From an uncultured Flavobacteriaceae bacterium (GTDB taxonomy: Bacteria; Bacteroidota; Bacteroidia; Flavobacteriales; Flavobacteriaceae): 64,000 nucleotides of DNA. Both the position numbers and the translations under genes were made by a program. The stretch lies in NCBI GenBank assembly GCA_964275555.1, contig CAXYCN010000004.1, positions 58,916-122,915 of the forward strand, given 5' to 3'. This document shows, in pieces, positions 53,261-60,909 of the stretch; the stretch's first letter is position 1; every line of letters begins with the position of its first letter. The notes below the pieces were generated by a model. The model did no database searches, had not been told where the DNA came from, and saw only the letters and a list, made by a program, of their open reading frames with translations.

Positions 53261-53345
53261 TAGTTTACGTTCTTGTGTTATTATAGATAGCAACCTCTTC
53301 TAATGAAAGGTTTAGATGCTAAACTAACTCTCCGGCTCTCGGAGT
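53261..53345 (-). promoter_or_regulatory. Structured rpsB 5' leader (candidate S2 autoregulatory element)
   Basis: Inverted repeats TAGTTTA(53261-67)/TAAACTA(53320-26), TAGCA(53288-92)/TGCTA(53317-21) and AACCT/AGGTT, plus CTCCG/CGGAG, immediately upstream of the start codon. Confidence 0.45.
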
Positions 53346-53448
53346 AACAGCGGTATTAAAATTGTTTGTCAAATATAATTTGACGAATATATAAGAACTT
53401 ATAACTTGAATTGGGCATCCTAAGACACCCAACCAAGTAGTGTATTTT

Positions 53449-53835
53449 CTAACGTTTAGAGAATTGGAATTTTTTACGGGCTTTTTTCTGACCGAATTTT
53501 TTACGTTCTACCATTCTTGGATCTCTAGTTAATAAACCTTCTGGTTTTAAAACTAAACGATGCTCTGGGTTTAACTCGCACATTGCACGAGAGATTGCTA
53601 AACGAATCGCTTCTGCTTGTCCTGTTGTACCACCCCCATGAACATTTACAGTAATGTCAAAGCTTTTAATGTTATCTGTTAACGTTAAAGGCTGCATTAC
53701 TTTATATTGTAAAGTTCCTGTCGTAAAGTAATTTTCAAACTCACGCTTGTTAATTGTAATATTACCTTTTCCTTTGGCAATATAAACACGTGCAACAGCG
53801 TTTTTTCTTCTACCTATTTTGTGAATTACTTCCAT
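53449..53835 (-). CDS. rpsI: 30S ribosomal protein S9
   Basis: GRRKNAVARV, GGGTTGQA and LLTRDPRMVERKKFG..QFSKR. Confidence 0.98.
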   Translation of the reverse strand: MEVIHKIGRRKNAVARVYIAKGKGNITINKREFENYFTTGTLQYKVMQPLTLTDNIKSFDITVNVHGGGTTGQAEAIRLAISRAMCELNPEHRLVLKPEGLLTRDPRMVERKKFGQKKARKKFQFSKR

Positions 53836-54290
53836 TACTTTTTATCGTTAAGGTTAATGGTTTTTGGTTTTTGTGCTTCTTGTCCGTGATCTGCTCCTGA
53901 ATATACTTTTAGATTTCTGAATAAAGCAGCACCTAATTTATTTTTCGGTAGCATACCTTTTACAGCTTTTTCTACAAGTCTTGCAGGATCTTTTCCAAAC
54001 AATTCTTGAGCAGTAAGGCTACGTTGTCCACCAGGATAACCTGTGTGTCTAATGTAAGACTTGTCTTCCCATTTGTTTCCGCTTAAAGTAATTTTTGCGG
54101 AGTTAATAATAATTACGTTATCACCGCAATCTACGTGAGGGGTGAAATTAGGTTTGTGTTTGCCACGAAGTAATATTGCCACTTCACTAGCAAGACGACC
54201 CAATGCTTGCCCGTCCGCATCTACTAATAACCACTCTTTATTTACAGTGTTTTTGTTAGCAGATACTGTTTTGTAACTTAATGTATCCAT
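53835..54290 (-). CDS. rplM: 50S ribosomal protein L13
   Basis: [30 protein letters not shown] and AVKGMLP. Confidence 0.98.
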   Translation of the reverse strand: MDTLSYKTVSANKNTVNKEWLLVDADGQALGRLASEVAILLRGKHKPNFTPHVDCGDNVIIINSAKITLSGNKWEDKSYIRHTGYPGGQRSLTAQELFGKDPARLVEKAVKGMLPKNKLGAALFRNLKVYSGADHGQEAQKPKTINLNDKK

Positions 54291-54346
54291 TTAGTTCTTT
54301 GTCTAATTGTTAATAAATCATTGTTTTTTCCCCTTAAAAAGGGCTG

Positions 54347-54377
54347 CAAATGTAATACTATTTAATTGAATAACAAA
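54347..54377 (-). promoter_or_regulatory. Canonical Bacteroidota primary-sigma promoter of the rplM operon
   Basis: On the - strand: TTTG (54374-54377), N19, TACATTTG (54347-54354). Confidence 0.75.
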
Positions 54378-54600
54378 TGGTCATGTTTTAATTTTTTACA
54401 GATGAATTTTTCACGCTAGTCTTTAGATTAAAAATAGGCACTTGTTGTAATTTACTCGAAATTGAAGCCCCTTAAGAAACAACCTATCGTTTTCTGTTTT
54501 AGAATTATACTTGTTTCGATTTTTTTTGATGTAATTAACTATACATACCTTTAGTGCTTATTTTAATGCTAAATTTACTGGCAATTCCTAACAACAATAT

Positions 54601-55338
54601 ATGTCATTTATCAACCCTTTTGAACCTGGTTTTTATAAAGAAAAATCTATTTTAAATGTAAAAGATATAATTGAATGGAAAAGAAAAAACAACCTTTATA
54701 ATTTCGATACACTTCCCAAAGTAGCTGTTATTTCAATGGTCAGCCAATTGTCCTTGCCCAAAAGATTAATAAATAAAAAACTAAAAGGACTAAGCGGAAA
54801 ACATTATGTTTTAAATAGAAAAGTGCTTTTTAGCTACGAATTTGGAATTGGATCTCCTGCTATTATTGCATTATTAGAAGAATTAACAGCTTTGGGTGTG
54901 ACAAAATTTTTATATGTCGGTTATGCAGGAAGACTTAACACTACAATTAATGAAGCAGCTTGTTTTATAGTTAACAAAGCTTTTTCTCTCTGTGGAACTT
55001 CTTTTTTTTATAACAACGAATCCTTTATTTCATACTCTAATAGTTTGAGTGATAAAGTAAAAAGTGAATTAAACTTATCTGAAAAAATCATACTATCTAC
55101 CGATGCTCCATATAGAGAAACCCTAAGTGTTTTAGAATTCTACAAAACAAAAAAGGCAACTCTTATAGATATGGAAACTGCATCTATTTTAGCTTTTTTT
55201 AAACAAAATAATGCAGAAGTTGCTTGTGTCTTAATCGCTTCAGATTTAATAGAATCTTCTTGGACACCCCCTAAAAATACTAAATTATTACGCAAAAGGG
55301 CTAAAAATATTGTTAATCAATTTATAGCAATTTTGTAA
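54601..55338 (+). CDS. Nucleoside phosphorylase (PNP/UDP superfamily, uridine-phosphorylase-like)
   Basis: FGIGSPA..LEEL.ALG, VGYAG, STDAPYRET, IDMETA and IASD. Confidence 0.85.
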   Translation: MSFINPFEPGFYKEKSILNVKDIIEWKRKNNLYNFDTLPKVAVISMVSQLSLPKRLINKKLKGLSGKHYVLNRKVLFSYEFGIGSPAIIALLEELTALGVTKFLYVGYAGRLNTTINEAACFIVNKAFSLCGTSFFYNNESFISYSNSLSDKVKSELNLSEKIILSTDAPYRETLSVLEFYKTKKATLIDMETASILAFFKQNNAEVACVLIASDLIESSWTPPKNTKLLRKRAKNIVNQFIAIL

Positions 55339-56357
55339 TGAAAAAGCCTGTTATTAGTATTGTTATTCCATTTTATAACGAAGAAAAGTTCCTTAAAAGA
55401 GCGATAAATTCTGTTGTAAATCAAACCTATTCATCCATTCAGATTATATTGGTCGATGACGGTTCTACAGATAAATCTACTCTTTACGCCAAAGAATTTT
55501 GCGAAAATCATCCAAATTCTAAATTAATTATCATTCCAAATTCGGGGCCAGGAAATGCTAGAAATATCGGAATTCAAAATGTATCTGGGACCTATATTGC
55601 TTTTTTAGATGCAGATGATTATTTTCATAATAATGCAATAGAAATATTTTATAAAAATATTATTAGCAACAATGCAGATCTGAGTATTGGTCAATATGTA
55701 ATGCTTGATAAAAATGAAAATATATTGAAAAAATCCAATTGGAATAACAATAAAACTTTCGATAATGAAACGGCTATTTCATTGGTTGCTTCTGAAAAAC
55801 TAATACCTACTTCTTGGGCTAAGCTTTTCAAATCTAAGATTGCTAAAAAATGTAGTTTTCCAAATCTATCTTGGAAAGAAGACGATGTTTTTTTTTTAGC
55901 GTATTTATTAAATAGTAAAACGGTTTCGGTTTTAAACAAAACGCTTCTTACAGTTAATTGTAGGCCAGATTCTCTTACACGGCAAATCATTTCAGAAAAA
56001 ATGATCAATGCCATTAGTAAATCATACAATAAGCAAATTGAAATTCTAAAACCTTTAAAAAATAAATTTATCAATCAATCCTTAATTGGAAGTGAGATTA
56101 ACACCTCTTTAAATCTGTTGATTCTCTTAAAAATAGATTGGAAAAATATTGAAAATCAAAAAAAGATATGGATTTATTTTTGTGATAATATTCTTGTTTT
56201 AGCTAAAAAAACTAAAAAATACAATCTTAATTTTAAAAAAAGAATACTGTTACATTTTTTAGTTTCCATAACCATATTAGGATGGAGATATTCTTTTTGT
56301 ATGATTAGTATTTTTAAAAGACATCAAATAAATCAATTAGAAAAAGTAAAATCCTAA
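55338..56357 (+). CDS. Glycosyltransferase family 2
   Basis: ISIVIPFYN, ILVDDGSTD, GNARNIG, FLDADD (DxD) and EDD; coupled to the upstream gene by TAATG. Confidence 0.92.
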   Translation: MKKPVISIVIPFYNEEKFLKRAINSVVNQTYSSIQIILVDDGSTDKSTLYAKEFCENHPNSKLIIIPNSGPGNARNIGIQNVSGTYIAFLDADDYFHNNAIEIFYKNIISNNADLSIGQYVMLDKNENILKKSNWNNNKTFDNETAISLVASEKLIPTSWAKLFKSKIAKKCSFPNLSWKEDDVFFLAYLLNSKTVSVLNKTLLTVNCRPDSLTRQIISEKMINAISKSYNKQIEILKPLKNKFINQSLIGSEINTSLNLLILLKIDWKNIENQKKIWIYFCDNILVLAKKTKKYNLNFKKRILLHFLVSITILGWRYSFCMISIFKRHQINQLEKVKS

Positions 56358-57565
56358 TGAAATTTAAAAATTATAGAACACGATTTTTAATCAACTTTTT
56401 TTGGCTGTTTTCGCTTAATAATTTAGGGTATTTATTTTCTATTATTACCTTGCCTATATTAATTTCAAAATTTGGTTATCAGGATATGGGTCTGGTCTTT
56501 ACCGCGCAGGCTATTATTTTTGGAATGGTTGCCATTGCTAATTATAGTCTTATTTTTTATATCCCAACACAATCTAAGGCTATAAGTGTCAACGATAATA
56601 TCTTTAAAGAAACATGGAGTTTAAGTACCAACGTTAGAGCTTATATTTCTGTTCTATTAACCTTAGTTTCTCTTTTGTTTGTAGCTATTTACTTTAAAAA
56701 TTATTTCAATTTATGGTTGTTAAGTTTGCCGATTGTTATTTTTAAAATTGTGAATCCAACACTTTTTTTTAACGCCTTAGAAAAAAACAAATATGTTCTT
56801 TTAATAGGGTTTTTAAGTAAGTTATTATTCTTGTTATTTGTAATAGTGATTTCGAATAAAGATTATATTAATTTTTGCTTGGGACTATCTGAATTGTTAG
56901 TGGTATTGTTTTTTTTAAAACAAAGTAAAAAACCATTTTTTGATTTTCAATTATTGTCATTAAAAAAAGTTATGCTCTTTTTAAAAGAGACGTTTAATTT
57001 ATTTTTAGTTAATTTTTTTTCACTATTAAAGCCCGCAATCATATTGCCTTTAACAAGCTATTTATTTGGACCAAGTTATGCAACCATTTATACTTTAGCA
57101 GATAAAATAATTAATATGATAAGAGGCGTTTCTGGTGCCATGTTTACCAGTTTCTTCCCTATTTATAATAAAGAAAGGTTTGATTTAACTATTTTTAGAA
57201 AGAAAACAAAGGCTCTTATTTTATGTTGTTTATTATTAGTGGTGACACTCATTTATATAGGAAGCCCTTATTTAATATTTGTATTAAATAATTTTCAAGA
57301 AAATAATATAGCAGTAAATATTTTAAGAATTCTGAGCTTATCAATACCAATGTTTTTTATAATTATCCCACTTTTCAGTTACTTATTAGAGTTGAAAAAG
57401 TGGAATATTATTTTAAATTTTGCCATTTTACAATTGGTAGTACTATTTCTTTTCTATTTAATTTTTCATAATAATATATATCAAATTGCCATTGGTTTTG
57501 TGATATCAGAATATGTTTTATTAGCTGGATATATAATTTATATAGTGAAATTAAAAAAGTCTTAA
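56357..57565 (+). CDS. Wzx/MOP-type oligosaccharide flippase
   Basis: About 12 TM segments; ITLPILISKFG and YTLADKI..IRG..FFP; coupled by TAATG. Confidence 0.8.
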   Translation: MKFKNYRTRFLINFFWLFSLNNLGYLFSIITLPILISKFGYQDMGLVFTAQAIIFGMVAIANYSLIFYIPTQSKAISVNDNIFKETWSLSTNVRAYISVLLTLVSLLFVAIYFKNYFNLWLLSLPIVIFKIVNPTLFFNALEKNKYVLLIGFLSKLLFLLFVIVISNKDYINFCLGLSELLVVLFFLKQSKKPFFDFQLLSLKKVMLFLKETFNLFLVNFFSLLKPAIILPLTSYLFGPSYATIYTLADKIINMIRGVSGAMFTSFFPIYNKERFDLTIFRKKTKALILCCLLLVVTLIYIGSPYLIFVLNNFQENNIAVNILRILSLSIPMFFIIIPLFSYLLELKKWNIILNFAILQLVVLFLFYLIFHNNIYQIAIGFVISEYVLLAGYIIYIVKLKKS

Positions 57566-57567
57566 TT

Positions 57568-58371
57568 TTATTTTAATGAAGCTGTTAAAATATAATAATC
57601 ACCATATCCTCGAAAAAAAGGAATTTTATTAGAAATAGTATCGAAAAGACTTAAAGTATTAAATAATACCGGATATTTTTCTGGAAAGTCTACATGATTA
57701 CCTGTGGGAGCTAAAAAACAAATATTCTCAACTTTAAAGTTTTTAAACTCTTTTCGCAATAGATTTGTTATCCTTGAAGCACTATGATAAAAAGTGTGTA
57801 CTTGCTCTCCTTCGATATTTGCCAAAACTCCGTCTTTTTTTAATCTTCTAAAAGCTGTATTGTTTCCTTTAAAAATTTTTAAAAACTCCCATATACATAT
57901 TTTTGGCATGAGTACCAATGTTATTTTTCCATTGGGAGACAGCAATTGCTTGAATAAACCAAAAACCTCTTGTAACTCTTCTTCAGAGCTGCAATTTAGA
58001 CCGCCAAAGTTTGAGAAAATATGATTGTATTTTTGAGGATTAAGCTTATTGAGCTCATTAAAGGATAATCTTTGGCAGGATAGGTTTTTTTTTAAGGATT
58101 CTGATTTAATTTTAGTGGTAACAACATCGATCATTCCTGGGGCAATATCTGTTGCATGAATATTGTATCCTTTTTTTGCAAAATAAACTGCGTCTATTCC
58201 ACTGCCACAATTTATTTCTAAAATTTTAGCAGCAGGTTTTAATTCTTTATATAAATGTTTTCGCACCCGTTTTCGCATCCAATTAATTAGGCTGGAAGTT
58301 TTATCAAGTTGTTCGTAATGACTTGAAATTTTAGAAAAACCCTTTTCGATATTTTGTTTGCTCTTATTCAT
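57568..58371 (-). CDS. Class I SAM-dependent methyltransferase
   Basis: Motif I ILEINCGSGIDA, then ATDIAPGM, FSNFGGLNC and LSPNGKI. Confidence 0.9.
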   Translation of the reverse strand: MNKSKQNIEKGFSKISSHYEQLDKTSSLINWMRKRVRKHLYKELKPAAKILEINCGSGIDAVYFAKKGYNIHATDIAPGMIDVVTTKIKSESLKKNLSCQRLSFNELNKLNPQKYNHIFSNFGGLNCSSEEELQEVFGLFKQLLSPNGKITLVLMPKICIWEFLKIFKGNNTAFRRLKKDGVLANIEGEQVHTFYHSASRITNLLRKEFKNFKVENICFLAPTGNHVDFPEKYPVLFNTLSLFDTISNKIPFFRGYGDYYILTASLK

Positions 58372-59833
58372 TTTTATTGAAATTTTCCATCTTGTCTAAT
58401 GCAAATTTATCCAGTATAGCACCAGGAGTATAATAAAAATACAAAAGCATGGATCGTAATTTAGTTATAGAAACTAATGAAGGCCTTTTAATGATGTGTT
58501 TAAAATTAGTAATGGCCTGACTTTTTCTGTATTCCTTATGCACATATCGATGCAATTTTTTATAATAATTGGAATTAAAAGTCCCTTGAAACATCATCGC
58601 TAAATCATCGGAATCCCTCCAATTAGATTTTAGATTTAGATCGTCTTTAACCATCTCATAAAACTTGGTTCCAGGTAATGGGTAGGATACTGAAACACCA
58701 ATATCATCGGGTTGTAATTCCTTAATCATAGCAATCGTTTTTGCAATATCCTCTTTTGTTTCTCCCAAATATCCAAACTGAATAAAGAAAGCGACTTTCA
58801 CATTCTTTACTTTTAATAAACGTGTTGCTTCATAGATTTGGGAAAGTTGAGTTCCTTTATCCATGGCGTCTAAAATCTTTTGGGAGCCACTTTCTGCTCC
58901 CACCCAAACTTCTCTTAAACCACTTTCCGCTAAAGCATCAATGCTGTCTTCCTTTAATAATAAATCGACACGACTTTGTATCACATAGGTTATTTTTAAA
59001 TCCGCTTTTTTTAATGCTGTGTTAAAATTTTGAACCCATTGTGGTTTTAAACCAAAAATATCATCACACATCCAAAAGTTTGTGACATCATAATTTTCTT
59101 TTAAGTAGGAGATAAGTTTCGTGATGTATTCTGGAGAATGAGAGTTATAACGAACTCCATAAATAGGTTTTGCGCACCAATTGCATTTATAAGGACATCC
59201 TCTAGTTGTTGCAATGTTTAATGAAATTTTTTTTCCTCTTTTCGCCCACACTTTTTTATAGGCATCTACATCTACTAAGTCCCAAGCAGGCATTGGAAGT
59301 TCATCTAAATTTTTTAAAGCCTCTCTTTTTGGATTGGTAACAAACTCTTCATTATTTTTAAAAACGATTCCCTTTAAATCGCTTGTTGGTTCTTTATTTT
59401 TTATTTTGGTAAGCAATTCTTTTAAAGTGAGTTCTCCTTCCCCTAAGATAATATAATCGGCACCAGCATCTAAATATTTTTTATAATGATCGGTGCTGTC
59501 TGAACTGTTTACAATCACGATACAATTGTGGTTTTTTCCTATAGCAATCATTTCAAATGCTGCCTCTCGCATATTGGTCAAACACATTTTTGTGAGGTAG
59601 TTAAAACCATCATCATAAATGACCAAAAAGGAAGGTTTTGTTTTTTGAATTTCTTTTTCAATATCAAAAGGATTATTTCTCAGATTGGTATCAAAAAGAG
59701 AAACAGAAAAATCATTTTCGCGCATTAAAGAAGCGGCATATATAGTGCCAAGAGGTGGATATGGAGTTTTATTTTCCCATTGTTTTTTGTCTAATGGATA
59801 ATAATAAGAATGGGAGAAAAGAATATCAAGCAT
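58364..59833 (-). CDS. Cobalamin (B12)-binding-domain radical SAM enzyme
   Basis: N-terminal B12-binding domain (YPPLGTIYAAS...ADYIILGEGE); TTRGCPYKCNWC (CxxxCxxC); DDIF; GAESGSQKILDAM; YPLPGT. Confidence 0.92.
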   Translation of the reverse strand: MLDILFSHSYYYPLDKKQWENKTPYPPLGTIYAASLMRENDFSVSLFDTNLRNNPFDIEKEIQKTKPSFLVIYDDGFNYLTKMCLTNMREAAFEMIAIGKNHNCIVIVNSSDSTDHYKKYLDAGADYIILGEGELTLKELLTKIKNKEPTSDLKGIVFKNNEEFVTNPKREALKNLDELPMPAWDLVDVDAYKKVWAKRGKKISLNIATTRGCPYKCNWCAKPIYGVRYNSHSPEYITKLISYLKENYDVTNFWMCDDIFGLKPQWVQNFNTALKKADLKITYVIQSRVDLLLKEDSIDALAESGLREVWVGAESGSQKILDAMDKGTQLSQIYEATRLLKVKNVKVAFFIQFGYLGETKEDIAKTIAMIKELQPDDIGVSVSYPLPGTKFYEMVKDDLNLKSNWRDSDDLAMMFQGTFNSNYYKKLHRYVHKEYRKSQAITNFKHIIKRPSLVSITKLRSMLLYFYYTPGAILDKFALDKMENFNKNE

Positions 59834-60734
59834 GTTCTTTTGTTAAATGAATGTTATGTTTTTCTTTTAACTCATCATATTTATCATTAAGGCGTTCAAT
59901 TACTTTACGCTGAAAGTTTAAAGGATGATGTTTAGAAACATTTTTAGTAGATTTTAAAGCGACTTTAAAATGCTTTTCTTCCAATTTATTAAATTTTACT
60001 TTCCATTTCTTGTAGGTAATTTTAAGAAAAAACGAATCTAGCCAATCACCAATTTTGGTATTTAGAATAGTTTCTATAAGCTTTGTGAGTAGTGGTTTTT
60101 TCACCTGATTTAATGTTGACAAATGCTCAGAAATTATTTTATTGGGTAAATAGTTTTCTACCCATTTATTTTGTTCGTAAAAATCATAAAAACTCTTGCT
60201 TCCAAACATCGGAAGCATGGTAGTTAATTCAGTAGCAGTAAATCTGTTTTTTTCTTCAATTTCTAAAGAATTTGAACTTATAAAATAATTGACACAAAAA
60301 TATTTTTTAGAATTAAATAAGAATATCTTTTTATAGAGGATTAACAATGTTCTTGCAATCCACAATCGTTTGGGACTCGTAATGATAAAAAAATCGATAT
60401 CTCCCTCTTCATCAAAATAACCTTTAGATAAAGAGCCTGATATTCCAACCCCTTCTACATAAGGAAATTTTGAAATGAAACGGGAAACTTTTGTGGCTTT
60501 TTGATGAATATCCTTTGCCATTTGGTTCCCTGATAACCTTCTATTAATTAACGTTTCATCATTTTCTGTCAAATAAAATTCATCGATTTTATAAATCACT
60601 TTATTATTGACTAAATGTGTTAATTCCGCTTTAATTTGATCTATAGAATTTGCTTCAGAAAAAGAATAAATTTCCTTTTCCGTTAATGGGTATTTAAATA
60701 GAGAAAAATATAATATAGGTTTTAATAGCGTCAA
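59826..60734 (-). CDS. Pol-beta-superfamily nucleotidyltransferase with N-terminal wHTH-like region (likely TTG start at 60734; ORF open to 60797)
   Basis: VGISGSLSKGYFDEEGDIDFFIIT (hG-S...DxD). N-terminus LYFSLFKYPLTEKEI; also RLWIAR, FCVNYF and FTATEL. Confidence 0.85.
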   Translation of the reverse strand: MTLLKPILYFSLFKYPLTEKEIYSFSEANSIDQIKAELTHLVNNKVIYKIDEFYLTENDETLINRRLSGNQMAKDIHQKATKVSRFISKFPYVEGVGISGSLSKGYFDEEGDIDFFIITSPKRLWIARTLLILYKKIFLFNSKKYFCVNYFISSNSLEIEEKNRFTATELTTMLPMFGSKSFYDFYEQNKWVENYLPNKIISEHLSTLNQVKKPLLTKLIETILNTKIGDWLDSFFLKITYKKWKVKFNKLEEKHFKVALKSTKNVSKHHPLNFQRKVIERLNDKYDELKEKHNIHLTKEHA

Positions 60735-60909
60735 TTCTTTTTTTTTAAAAATACCAAATTTTAATTTATTATACAGTTGTTTTCTTAATATTAACAAGGA
60801 GTTATTTGTCTTTATCTTTTTAAGATAAAAAAGCGGATCGTTATAGTATTTTTTGAGGGTAACTTTTAATTTAAAAAATCAGTTTAAAATTCTCGATTTG
60901 ATATTAATT

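Noticed and set aside
54601-60797. Reading the cluster as hopanoid biosynthesis, an O-antigen locus, a RiPP or a CBASS/MNT-HEPN defence system
   Set aside because: There is no squalene-hopene cyclase or HpnH, no Wzy or sugar-nucleotide enzymes, no precursor peptide, and no HEPN or Cap effector in the window.
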